NCBI RefSeq assembly: GCF_902713755.1
Contig: NZ_LR744089.1
Direction: 5' to 3' (one strand)
DNA length: 32,000 nucleotides
Source: Candidatus Saccharimonadota bacterium
Lineage (GTDB): Bacteria > Pseudomonadota > Gammaproteobacteria > Johnevansiales > Johnevansiaceae
The translations under genes were made by a program, and so were the position numbers. The notes under the pieces were generated by a model. It was given only the letters and a program-made list of their open reading frames with translations. It did not search any database and was not told the origin of the DNA. Below, one piece after another: positions 21,511 to 30,657 of the stretch (positions within the stretch are counted from its first letter, which is position 1; the number at the start of each line of letters is the position of its first letter).

Positions 21511-22768
21511 ATTCTTTTTTCCAAAGTGATTTTAAAGAATCAGATTCTCTGATTACAAAAATTTGATTTTTATCAACAAGTAATTCAGAAGGTCTTTTTC
21601 TAGTATTATAATTAGAAGACATAACAAATCCATAAGCTCCAACTGACTGTATTACTAATAAATCATTTTGTGATAATTTATTTAAATATCTTTTTTTTCC
21701 TAAAAAATCACTAGATTCACATATTGGACCTACAATATCATAAAATAAATTTTTATAATATTTTACTTTATTAATATCTACAACATCAATGTTATGCCAA
21801 GCATTATAAAAAGCAGGACGAATAAAATCATTCATACCTGCATCTACAATAGCGAAATTTTTTATTTTTGTTTTTTTTATAATTTCAACTCTAGTTAATA
21901 ATACACCAGTATTAGCTAATATTGATCTACCTGGTTCTAATATTATTTCAATATTATGAATATTAGCTAATATTCTTTCACATAAAGTTGTAAAATATTT
22001 TTTTATTAAAAATTGATATAAATTTATTTTTTTATAATTTACTCCTAAACCTCCACCTATATCTAATATATTAAGTTTAATTTTTTTTTTATATAATTTT
22101 TTTATTAAGAAAATTATATTATCTAAAGCTTCTATAAATGGATTTATGTTTAATATTTGTGAACCAATATGAAAATCTATACCTATAATTTTTATATTTG
22201 TTAATGAATTAGCATAAACATATGCTTCTTCGGCTTTATCTATAGAAATACCAAATTTATTGCTTTTTAATCCAGTAGAAATATATGGATGTGTTTTAGC
22301 ATCAACATTAGGATTAATACGTATTGATATATTTGCTTTATTTTTTAATCTTATAGCAATTGAATTTATTCTATCCATCTCTTGAAAAGATTCAACATTA
22401 AAACATTTTATTCCTACTTTTAACGCTCTTTTTATTTCTTGTTTTTTTTTAGCTACTCCAGAATAAACTATTTTTTTAGGATCACCTCCAGCAATTAATA
22501 CTTTTTCTAATTCACCAATAGAAACAATATCAAATCCAGATCCAAGTTTTGATAAAATATTAATAATAGCAATATTAGAATTAGCTTTAAGTGCATAACA
22601 AATAATATTTGGATGATTTATCAAAGATAATTGATATTTATAATAATTAAAATATTTTATTATTTCTTTTTTAGAATAAACATAACAAGGTGTACCAAAT
22701 TTGTTTGCTATTTTCAAACAACTAATATTTTCTATAAAAAGAATACCTTTATATCTTTTAAATGTCAT
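21494..22768 (-). CDS. lysA: Diaminopimelate decarboxylase
   Basis: 424 aa. Motifs YALKANSN (PLP Lys), DIGGGLGV, EPGRSI and GPICESSD. It overlaps the dapF start by 17 nt. Confidence 0.96.
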   Translation of the reverse strand: MTFKRYKGILFIENISCLKIANKFGTPCYVYSKKEIIKYFNYYKYQLSLINHPNIICYALKANSNIAIINILSKLGSGFDIVSIGELEKVLIAGGDPKKIVYSGVAKKKQEIKRALKVGIKCFNVESFQEMDRINSIAIRLKNKANISIRINPNVDAKTHPYISTGLKSNKFGISIDKAEEAYVYANSLTNIKIIGIDFHIGSQILNINPFIEALDNIIFLIKKLYKKKIKLNILDIGGGLGVNYKKINLYQFLIKKYFTTLCERILANIHNIEIILEPGRSILANTGVLLTRVEIIKKTKIKNFAIVDAGMNDFIRPAFYNAWHNIDVVDINKVKYYKNLFYDIVGPICESSDFLGKKRYLNKLSQNDLLVIQSVGAYGFVMSSNYNTRKRPSELLVDKNQIFVIRESDSLKSLWKKEYVNLF

Positions 22769-22772
22769 TTTA

Positions 22773-24167
22773 TTATCCTAATAAAATTTTAAGATATTTT
22801 TTAGCACGTAGTGCCGCCGATCTTACTTGATTAGGAGCTGTACCACCAATATGATTACGTGTATTAATAGAACCTTCTAACGTTAATACTTCTAAAATTT
22901 CTTCATCAATTTTATTATAAAATTCACGTAATTTTTCAATATATATTTCATTAAAATTTTTTTTGTTTATTATTCCATAATAAACTACTTTTCCAACTAT
23001 AGAATGAGCATCACGAAAAGGAACACCACGTTTTACTAAATAATCAGCAAAATCTGTTGCTGTAGAATAATTACCTAAAGCTGATAAATACATTTTTTGT
23101 GGTTTAATTTTTAAATATTTAATAATATTAATAAAATTATCTATACAATTTATTACTGTTTCAGTAGTATCAAATAAAGGTTCTTTATCTTCTTGATTAT
23201 CTTTATTATAGGCTAATGGTTGTGATTTCATTAAAACTAATAAATTTAATAAATTTCCATATATACGACCTGTTTTACCTCTAATTAATTCAGGAATATC
23301 TGGATTTTTTTTTTGAGGCATAATTGAAGAACCAGTGCATAAACAATCTGGTAATTCTATAAAATCAAAATGTAAACTTGTCCATAATATTAATTCTTCA
23401 CACATTCTAGATAAATGCATTAATAAAATACTAGAAAATGATGTAAATTCAATTGCAAAATCTCTATCACTTACAGCATCTAAAGAATTTTCGGTTATAT
23501 GATCAAAACCTAATAAGTCTTTAATTATATTACGATTAATAGGATATGTAGTTCCAGCTAAAGCTGCTGATCCTAAAGGCAATATATTAATTCTTTTACG
23601 ACATTCTAAAATACGTAAATGATCTCTAGATATCATTTCATGCCAAGCTAATACATGATGTCCAAAAGTAATAGGTTGTGCTATTTGTAAGTGTGTATAT
23701 CCTGGCATTATAGTATCAGATTCACTTATAGCTAAGTTTATTAAAATTTTTCTTAATTTAGTTAGTTTTAATTTAATTTTATCTATTTTTTCTCTTAAAT
23801 AAAGACGTATATCTGTGGATATTTGATCATTACGTGATCTGCCTGTATGCAGTTTTTTGCCAATATTTCCTATTTTGTTGATTAAATTTACTTCGATATT
23901 CATATGTATATCTTCAAGTTTAATAAACCAATTTATTTTTTCATTATTAATATCTTTTTCAATATTTTTTAATCCATTAATTATTAATTTACTTTCTTTT
24001 AAAGTTAACAATCCTACAATTTCTAACATTTTTGCATGTGCTATAGATACTTTAATATCATGCGAATAAAGACGATAATCAAAATTTATTGAAGCAGTAA
24101 ATTTTTCTACTAATTTATCAGTAGATTTTTTAAATCGTCCACTCCATGGTTTTTTAAAGTTTTTCAT
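22773..24167 (-). CDS. argH: Argininosuccinate lyase
   Basis: 464 aa. N-terminal WSGRF, TGRSRNDQ, and the fumarate-lyase signature GSSIMPQKKNPD. Confidence 0.97.
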   Translation of the reverse strand: MKNFKKPWSGRFKKSTDKLVEKFTASINFDYRLYSHDIKVSIAHAKMLEIVGLLTLKESKLIINGLKNIEKDINNEKINWFIKLEDIHMNIEVNLINKIGNIGKKLHTGRSRNDQISTDIRLYLREKIDKIKLKLTKLRKILINLAISESDTIMPGYTHLQIAQPITFGHHVLAWHEMISRDHLRILECRKRINILPLGSAALAGTTYPINRNIIKDLLGFDHITENSLDAVSDRDFAIEFTSFSSILLMHLSRMCEELILWTSLHFDFIELPDCLCTGSSIMPQKKNPDIPELIRGKTGRIYGNLLNLLVLMKSQPLAYNKDNQEDKEPLFDTTETVINCIDNFINIIKYLKIKPQKMYLSALGNYSTATDFADYLVKRGVPFRDAHSIVGKVVYYGIINKKNFNEIYIEKLREFYNKIDEEILEVLTLEGSINTRNHIGGTAPNQVRSAALRAKKYLKILLG

Positions 24168-24201
24168 TTTTTTCCTTTTTTTTTTTGATATTATAATATT
24201 A

Positions 24202-24274
24202 ACCGGAGTAGCTCAATTGGTAGAGCAACGCATTCGTAATGCGAAGGTAATAGGTTCAATTCCTATCTCCGGTA
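24202..24274 (+). tRNA. tRNA-Thr (anticodon CGT)
   Basis: Hand-folded: acceptor accggag/ctccggt, D arm gctc-aattggta-gagc, anticodon arm acgca-ttCGTaa-tgcga, T arm atagg-ttcaatt-cctat. The body closely resembles E. coli tRNA-Thr(CGU). No encoded CCA. Confidence 0.9.
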
Positions 24275-24305
24275 TATTAATTTTATATTAATTTTATATT
24301 AATTT
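24273..24305. repeat. Perfect tandem repeat (tatattaattt) x3. It runs from the last nucleotides of tRNA-Thr(CGU) into the 3' end of the permease gene.
   Basis: Read directly: units at 24273, 24284 and 24295. The permease stop codon (complement of tta at 24294-24296) lies inside the array. Confidence 0.9.
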
Positions 24306-25298
24306 TTCATTTTTCAATTCACTTTTTAAATATGCATAATACATAGGAGCTGCGATTAAACCTGAAAAACCAAATGCAGCATCAAAAAATAACATAGCAA
24401 ATAATAATTCCCATGTATGAGAATTAATACGCCTACCTATAATACGAGCATTTAAAAAATATTCTAATTTATGAATAGCTATTAAATAAGTAAGTATTAT
24501 AACAGCAGTCCATATTGATACGGAAAGTGATACAATAAAAATTAATATATTCGAAATAAGATTACCTATTAATGGTATTAACCCCATTATAAATGTAATA
24601 AGTATTAACGTTTTCGTTAAAGGTATATATACATTAAATAAAGGCACACATAATAATAAAAAAATAGCACTTAATATTGTATTAACTAAAGATATTTTAA
24701 GTTGTGCAAAAACAACATTATGAAAAGCGTTACTTAATATAATAGATCTTTGTAATAAAGCATTAGTAAAAGGAGTAAGTGATTTTATATCAGGTAAATT
24801 TTGTAAAGCGATAATCGCTCCTAAAATCATACCTGCTAATAATGTAAAAAAAATATGTATAGCGCCTCTACCAAAAATTTGAAGTTCGTTTATATGCATA
24901 TATATAAATTCATTTATAATTTGACGAAATTCATCTGCACTTTCTGGTAAATAAATTACAATACAATGAGGTAATTGATGTCTAGCTTTATCAAAAATTA
25001 ACATAAATTTTTGAAGAAATTTATCAGGTGTTTTAATTTCATGTAATATTAAACTAATAACTGTAAAAAAAAATATACTTAAAATAGTAACTATACTAGT
25101 TCCTAATAAAACTACTGAAATAAATCTTGCTTTATTTACTGGGATTAATTTTTGTAATAAAGGTGTAATTGCATTAACTAATTCAAATACTAATAAACCA
25201 GATAATAAACATGGTAAAAGATGCAAAGGAAATATTAATAACAAACCCATAAAAAAAATTAACAAACTTATAATAGTATTTTTACTAATTTTAAACAT
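24294..25298 (-). CDS. AI-2E family (PerM/UPF0118-type) inner-membrane transporter
   Basis: 334 aa, about 7-8 predicted TM segments. A central hydrophilic stretch is followed by the C-terminal TM bundle with G..P..GN and FGFSGLIAAP motifs typical of PF01594-type permeases. The start is 12 nt after the thrB stop, preceded by aggaa. Confidence 0.75.
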   Translation of the reverse strand: MFKISKNTIISLLIFFMGLLLIFPLHLLPCLLSGLLVFELVNAITPLLQKLIPVNKARFISVVLLGTSIVTILSIFFFTVISLILHEIKTPDKFLQKFMLIFDKARHQLPHCIVIYLPESADEFRQIINEFIYMHINELQIFGRGAIHIFFTLLAGMILGAIIALQNLPDIKSLTPFTNALLQRSIILSNAFHNVVFAQLKISLVNTILSAIFLLLCVPLFNVYIPLTKTLILITFIMGLIPLIGNLISNILIFIVSLSVSIWTAVIILTYLIAIHKLEYFLNARIIGRRINSHTWELLFAMLFFDAAFGFSGLIAAPMYYAYLKSELKNEKLI

Positions 25299-25310
25299 AT
25301 AAATATTCCT

Positions 25311-26255
25311 TTAAAATAAAGAGGGTAATTTTTTATTACAACGAGAAACTAAAATATCTCTATATTTTTTAGGTTCTTTAGGTATTAAATTATGAGCAAC
25401 AGGAAAAATATTTATTACTAATAAACGAGAAATCCAATATCTTAGAGCTGTTAATCGTAACATTTTGGGCCAAATATCTAATTCTTTTTTTGTAAAAGGA
25501 CGTTCAATAATATAATTATTTAATATTGCTTTATATTTATATTCTATAATATTACCATATTTATCACTACACCAATCATTTATTAAAATTGCTAAATCAA
25601 AAATTAAATCTCCTGTACATGCGTTATAAAAATCTATTAAACCACAAAGATTGTTACCATAAAATAATGTATTATCTCTAAATAAATCACCATGCAAAAT
25701 ACCTTGTGGTAATTGTTTTTCTTTTACTAAATGTTTTAATAAATATATTTGATTAAACATTAAATTTTGATCTTTTTTATTTAAAAAAGATATAACTTTA
25801 TAATAATTTAAAAGAATCCAATTAATATCTCTTAAATTTTGTTTTTTTAATTTAAAGTTTTTAGATATTGAATGTAATCTACCTAATGTTTTACCAATTA
25901 TAGAACATTGTTCTATATTAGGTGTTATAGGATGTATACCATATAATTTAGGAAACAATAAAGCATTTTTACCAGATAATTTTTTTATTATTATATTATT
26001 TTTATCATTTAAAGGTAATGCTACTGGCAAACAATGTGAATAAAGAAATTTTAATAAATCTATAAAAAAAGTTAAATCATTATATTCACATTGTTCAAAT
26101 AATGTTAATACAAATTTTTTATTTTCTGTATTAATAAAAAAAGTAGAATTTTCTGTACCTTGATTTACTTCTTTAAATTTTATTAATTTTTTTATATTAA
26201 AACTTTTTAAAAATAAACTTAATTGTTTTTTTTTTATTTTAGTAAATACAGCCAT
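25311..26255 (-). CDS. thrB: Homoserine kinase, Pseudomonas type (aminoglycoside-phosphotransferase/kinase fold, not GHMP)
   Basis: 314 aa, collinear with Pseudomonas ThrB as I recall it: MAVFT.., GTENSTFF, FVLTLFE, HGDLFRDN (HxDxxxxN catalytic loop), GLIDFYNACTG, NDWC, and the RxWxSRL tail. Confidence 0.9.
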   Translation of the reverse strand: MAVFTKIKKKQLSLFLKSFNIKKLIKFKEVNQGTENSTFFINTENKKFVLTLFEQCEYNDLTFFIDLLKFLYSHCLPVALPLNDKNNIIIKKLSGKNALLFPKLYGIHPITPNIEQCSIIGKTLGRLHSISKNFKLKKQNLRDINWILLNYYKVISFLNKKDQNLMFNQIYLLKHLVKEKQLPQGILHGDLFRDNTLFYGNNLCGLIDFYNACTGDLIFDLAILINDWCSDKYGNIIEYKYKAILNNYIIERPFTKKELDIWPKMLRLTALRYWISRLLVINIFPVAHNLIPKEPKKYRDILVSRCNKKLPSLF

Positions 26256-26257
26256 AT

Positions 26258-27301
26258 TTATTTTAATATATATTTAATAGTTTCAATTAAATAATTCATT
26301 TGTTGTATAGTACCTATAGATATACGTATATAATTATTCATATTATTAAAATACCTTATTAGGATACCATGTTTGCGTAATTTATCAAACATTTCTTTTG
26401 CTGATATATTAATTGGTTTAACTAAAATAAAATTAGCTTTAGAAGGTAAAACGGTAAAACCAAAATTTGTTAATTGGTTTGATAATTTATCACGTATATA
26501 AATAATATAATTACAATTTTTTTTTAAATATTTAATATCTTTAATAGCTTCAATAGCTATTAATTCACTAATAATATCAATAGGATATGAATTAAATGAA
26601 TTTTTTACTTTTTCTAATCCTTTTATTAAATAAGTAGATCCTATTGCAAAACCAATTCTTATCCCAGCTAAGCTATAAGCTTTTGATAAAGTATTTACAA
26701 TTAATAAATTTTTATATTTTTTTATCAGTGGTATAGCACTTTCAGAACCAAAATTAATATATGCTTCATCAATTAAAACTACATACTCCTTATGTATATC
26801 AAGAAAATTAGTAATATCTATATAAGATATTGCATGACCTGTGGGTGTATTAGGATTAGCAAATATTATACCGCCATTAGGTATATTCATTTTATTTAAA
26901 TTTATTTCAAAATTTGTTTTTAATGGTATTGTTTTATATTTAATATTATACAGTTTACAATAAACTGGATAAAAACTATAAGTTATAGTTGGCATTATAA
27001 CTGGTAATTTTTGACAAAAAAAAGTCATAAAAGCTAAAGCTAATACTTCATCTGAACCATTACCAATAAAAATTTGTTCATATTTAATATTATATATTTT
27101 TGCAATAGTTTTTCTAAGATTAATAGTTGTAGGATCAGGATAAAGTCTTAAATAATAATAATTAAAATTTTTTAATAAATTATTTATTTTAGGAGTAGGA
27201 GGATAAGGATTTTCATTTGTATTTAATTTTATCATTTTTTTATATGGTTGTTCGCCTGGTATATATGGATTTAATTTATTAAGTTTATAACTCATTCTCA
27301 T
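26258..27301 (-). CDS. hisC: Histidinol-phosphate aminotransferase
   Basis: 347 aa. Motifs LNTNENPYPP, NPNTPTG, DEAY and NTLSKAYSLAGIRIGFA (PLP lysine). Confidence 0.93.
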   Translation of the reverse strand: MRMSYKLNKLNPYIPGEQPYKKMIKLNTNENPYPPTPKINNLLKNFNYYYLRLYPDPTTINLRKTIAKIYNIKYEQIFIGNGSDEVLALAFMTFFCQKLPVIMPTITYSFYPVYCKLYNIKYKTIPLKTNFEINLNKMNIPNGGIIFANPNTPTGHAISYIDITNFLDIHKEYVVLIDEAYINFGSESAIPLIKKYKNLLIVNTLSKAYSLAGIRIGFAIGSTYLIKGLEKVKNSFNSYPIDIISELIAIEAIKDIKYLKKNCNYIIYIRDKLSNQLTNFGFTVLPSKANFILVKPINISAKEMFDKLRKHGILIRYFNNMNNYIRISIGTIQQMNYLIETIKYILK

Positions 27302-27318
27302 TTTATATTACCTTAACC

Positions 27319-28086
27319 TTAACATCTAACAGAAATTCCTTTTTTTGCCATATAATTTTTAGCTTGATCAATTGTATATTCGCCAAAATGAAATATACTA
27401 GCTGCTAAAACAGCGTCTGCTTTGCCTTTTTTTATACCATCTACAAAATGATTTAAATTACCAACTCCTCCTGAAGCAATAATTGGTACTTTTACTCTTT
27501 TACTAATATTTTTAATAAGATTAATATCAAAGCCACTTTTAGTTCCATCTCTATCAATGCTAGTTATTAATAATTCACCTGCTCCATATTTTACCATTTT
27601 ACAAGCCCAATCAATTGCACTAATACCACTAGATTTTCTTCCTCCATAAGTTAATATTTCCCAATATTCTTTTATATTTTTTTTTCTTTTAGCATCTATA
27701 GCTACTACTATACATTGACTGCCAAATTTCTCAGATGCTTCACGTACTATATTAGGATTTAATACAGCAGCAGTATTTATTGAAACTTTATCGGCGCCTG
27801 CATTAAGTAAATCTCTAATATTATTACAATTTTTTATTCCCCCACCTACTGTTAAAGGTATAAAAATTTCCTTTGCTATTTTATTAACTACTTCTATAGT
27901 ATTATTTTTACCACTATAACTTGCTTTAATATCTAATAATGCAATTTCATCTGCATTTTGTTCGTTATAAAATTTTGCAACTTCTAAAGGATCACCTGCA
28001 TAACGAATATTTTCAAAATTTATACCTTTTACTACTTTTCCACAATCAATATCTAAGCAAGGAATAATACGTTTAGATAAACTCAT
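27319..28086 (-). CDS. hisF: Imidazole glycerol phosphate synthase cyclase subunit
   Basis: 255 aa. Motifs [33 protein letters not shown] and ASGGVG. Confidence 0.97.
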   Translation of the reverse strand: MSLSKRIIPCLDIDCGKVVKGINFENIRYAGDPLEVAKFYNEQNADEIALLDIKASYSGKNNTIEVVNKIAKEIFIPLTVGGGIKNCNNIRDLLNAGADKVSINTAAVLNPNIVREASEKFGSQCIVVAIDAKRKKNIKEYWEILTYGGRKSSGISAIDWACKMVKYGAGELLITSIDRDGTKSGFDINLIKNISKRVKVPIIASGGVGNLNHFVDGIKKGKADAVLAASIFHFGEYTIDQAKNYMAKKGISVRC

Positions 28087-28101
28087 ATAAAAACCTAAAA
28101 T

Positions 28102-28815
28102 TTAATTTTTAATAATTACTTGTGCTTTATATAAATCTATTTTGCCTTCATAAAAAGCACGACCTATAATAGTACCTAATATATATGTTTTTAAATAAAT
28201 TATATCAAAAATATTATTTAATCCTCCTGAAGCAATAATTGGTATATTAACTATATTAGCTAATTTTATTGTATTTTTAATATTTAATCCTTGCATCATA
28301 CCATCTCTAGAAATATCAGTATATATTATTGAACTGATACCACAATTAGAAAATTTTTTTGCTAAATCGATAGATTTAATATTTGATATTTTTTTCCAAC
28401 CTTTAATAGCAACATATCCATTATATGAATCTATACTTAAAATAATATGTTTACCAAATTGTTTACATATATTATATATTATCTTTGGTTTTTTTATTGC
28501 TAAAGTACCTATAATTACATATTTTATACCTATATCTAAATATTTTTTTATTGTATCACTATTTCTAATACCCCCACCTATTTGTATAATTAAATTAGGA
28601 TAAGTTTTTATAATTTTGTTTATAATATAAATATTTACTGGTTCTCCTAAAACAGCACCATTTAAATCTATTATATGTAATCTTTTTATACCTACTTTTA
28701 CAAATTTTTTTATAATATTTAAAGGATTACCATAATCTGTGGCCTTATACATACGTCCTTGTTTTAATCTAACACATTTACAATCTTTTAAATCTATAGC
28801 AGGTATTATTAACAT
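28102..28815 (-). CDS. hisA: ProFAR isomerase (1-(5-phosphoribosyl)-5-[(5-phosphoribosylamino)methylideneamino]imidazole-4-carboxamide isomerase)
   Basis: Motifs MLIIPAIDLKDCKCVRL, IQIGGGIR, YTDISRDGM and ASGGL. The ORF is open to TTG 28842, but ATG 28815 matches the canonical HisA N-terminus and follows aagag, which avoids overlap with hisH. Confidence 0.93.
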   Translation of the reverse strand: MLIIPAIDLKDCKCVRLKQGRMYKATDYGNPLNIIKKFVKVGIKRLHIIDLNGAVLGEPVNIYIINKIIKTYPNLIIQIGGGIRNSDTIKKYLDIGIKYVIIGTLAIKKPKIIYNICKQFGKHIILSIDSYNGYVAIKGWKKISNIKSIDLAKKFSNCGISSIIYTDISRDGMMQGLNIKNTIKLANIVNIPIIASGGLNNIFDIIYLKTYILGTIIGRAFYEGKIDLYKAQVIIKN

Positions 28816-28829
28816 TTGAATATCTCTTT

Positions 28830-29444
28830 TTAAGGTAACCAATTAATGAAATTTTTTAAAAATTTAAGTCCTACAAATGAACTTTTTTCAGGATGAAATT
28901 GAACAGTTATTACTGAATTATAACCAGTAATAACATTAGCACGTTTCCCACCATATTCAGTAATACCAAAAATATTATTTTTTGATTTTACATAATAACT
29001 ATGTACAAAATAAAATCTTGATCCACTTTTTATTCCATTCCAAATAGGATGTTCCTTATATTTATATACAACATTCCATCCTATATGTGGTATTTTAAAA
29101 TTTTTATTATTATATTTTTTTACCACACCTTTCATATAATTCATACAAAATACACTATTATTTTCTTCACTCGATTCCATTAATAGATGTTGACCAATAC
29201 AAATACCTAATACTGGTTTATTTTTTATATATATTAAATCTTTTATTAACCAATATAATTCTTTTTTTTTAAGTTCCTTTATACAATCCTTTATAGCACC
29301 TTGACCAGGTAATATAATCCGATTAGAATTTTTTATTTTTTTAGCATTATTACTAATAACAACATTTTCATTAGTAACTTTTTTTATAGCATTTGCTACT
29401 GAATATAAATTACCAATACCATAATCAATAATTATTATTGCCAT
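28830..29444 (-). CDS. hisH: Imidazole glycerol phosphate synthase glutamine amidotransferase subunit
   Basis: 204 aa. Motifs IIDYGIGNLYSV, LPGQGA, GICIGQHLL (catalytic Cys), and HSYY / FHPEKS. Confidence 0.96.
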   Translation of the reverse strand: MAIIIIDYGIGNLYSVANAIKKVTNENVVISNNAKKIKNSNRIILPGQGAIKDCIKELKKKELYWLIKDLIYIKNKPVLGICIGQHLLMESSEENNSVFCMNYMKGVVKKYNNKNFKIPHIGWNVVYKYKEHPIWNGIKSGSRFYFVHSYYVKSKNNIFGITEYGGKRANVITGYNSVITVQFHPEKSSFVGLKFLKNFINWLP

Positions 29445-29454
29445 AATATTTTTT

Positions 29455-30042
29455 TTATAATATACCTTTAGTAGAATATAATTTATTTTTTATACGTTTA
29501 TCTAATGATATTGCCATACGTATAGCAACACCAAAAGCTTTAAATATACTTTCAATTTGATGATGTGAATTAAATCCTTTTAAATTATCAACATGTAATG
29601 TACTATTTGAATTATTAACCCAACCTTGGAAAAATTCTCTAAAAAGATCAAACTTACCTAAATTAGTCATATGTAATGATGGCCTACCAGAAAAATCAAT
29701 AACTACACGTGATAAAGATTCATCCATAGGTATATAAGCAAAACCATACCTTTTTATTCCAATTTTATTTCCTAAAGCTTTTTTAAAAGCTTTACCCATA
29801 GCTATACCTATATCTTCTATAGTATGATGATTATCAATATGTGAATATACTTTTGTTTTTATAGTAATATCTATTTGTCCATTATTAGTTAATTGATCAA
29901 TCATATGTTCTAATAATTCAATCCCACAATCAATATTTAATTTACCTTGACCATCTAAATTTATATAAACCCTAATTTTAGTTTCATTTGTTTCTCTATA
30001 TATACTAGCAGTACGATATTTTTTTTTATTATAAAAAGACAT
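29455..30042 (-). CDS. hisB: Imidazoleglycerol-phosphate dehydratase (monofunctional, no phosphatase domain)
   Basis: 195 aa. Motifs RETNETKI, HHTIEDIGIAMG and HHQIESIFKAFG. The length corresponds to the stand-alone dehydratase. Confidence 0.96.
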   Translation of the reverse strand: MSFYNKKKYRTASIYRETNETKIRVYINLDGQGKLNIDCGIELLEHMIDQLTNNGQIDITIKTKVYSHIDNHHTIEDIGIAMGKAFKKALGNKIGIKRYGFAYIPMDESLSRVVIDFSGRPSLHMTNLGKFDLFREFFQGWVNNSNSTLHVDNLKGFNSHHQIESIFKAFGVAIRMAISLDKRIKNKLYSTKGIL

Positions 30043-30088
30043 AATAATTCCTATTATTGTATATAAATTTATTATAATATTTATTATA

Positions 30089-30161
<73 letters not shown>

Positions 30162-30170
30162 ATACCAATA

Positions 30171-30241
30171 TGGGGTATAGCCAAGTGGTAAGGCACCGGT
30201 TTTTGGTATCGGTATCCCAGGTTCGAACCCTGGTACCCCAG
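30171..30241 (+). tRNA. tRNA-Gln (anticodon TTG)
   Basis: Hand-folded: U1:A72 acceptor tggggta/tacccca, short D arm gcc-aagtggtaa-ggc, anticodon arm ccggt-ttTTGgt-atcgg, T arm ccagg-ttcgaac-cctgg. It is very similar to E. coli tRNA-Gln. Confidence 0.92.
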
Positions 30242-30243
30242 TA

Positions 30244-30315
30244 GCCGATATAGCTCAGTGGTAGAGCATCTGATTTGTAATCAGGTGGTCTCAGGTTCGA
30301 TCCCTGATATCGGTA
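30244..30315 (+). tRNA. tRNA-Thr (anticodon TGT)
   Basis: Hand-folded: acceptor gccgata/tatcggt (G1:U72), D arm gctc-agtggta-gagc, anticodon arm tctga-ttTGTaa-tcagg, T arm tcagg-ttcgatc-cctga. It starts only 2 nt after tRNA-Gln. Confidence 0.9.
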
Positions 30316-30319
30316 TATT

Positions 30320-30412
30320 AAACTATTGAATAAACTATTGAATAAACTATTGAATAAACTATTGAATAAACTATTGAATAAACTATTGAATAAACTATTG
30401 AATAAACTATTG
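30320..30412. repeat. Perfect tandem repeat (aaactattgaat) x7.75. It fills the spacer between the convergent 3' ends of tRNA-Thr(UGU) and tmRNA.
   Basis: Read directly: 7 full 12-bp units from 30320 to 30403, plus 9 nt. The last 2 nt coincide with the tmRNA 3' end. Confidence 0.97.
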
Positions 30413-30657
30413 GAGGCGGCGGGATTCGAACCCGCGTCCATAAATATAAATTATTAAGTTTATACATGTTTTGCTTCATCTTTATAAAACTTTATTAACA
30501 AATCTGATGAGCAAGCTTTATTAAAGTAAGTCTTTATATATTTTATTTAACGTTCAATAAAAAGACATTAATGAACGCTATACTATTAGTTATTGCTCAA
30601 AATTCAATTATTATGAAATAGTCAACATAAAGTTATGAATTTGAATTATAATACTAA

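Noticed and set aside
24168-24201. tataat (24192-24197) and ttgata (24185-24190) hexamers upstream of tRNA-Thr(CGU), and tataat (30073-30078) upstream of tRNA-Phe, as promoters
   Set aside because: At roughly 20% GC such hexamers occur everywhere. The spacing at the tRNA-Thr(CGU) site is wrong: the -10 hexamer ends 4 nt before the mature 5' end, and the -35-like hexamer has no -10 partner. This is not enough evidence for a feature call.
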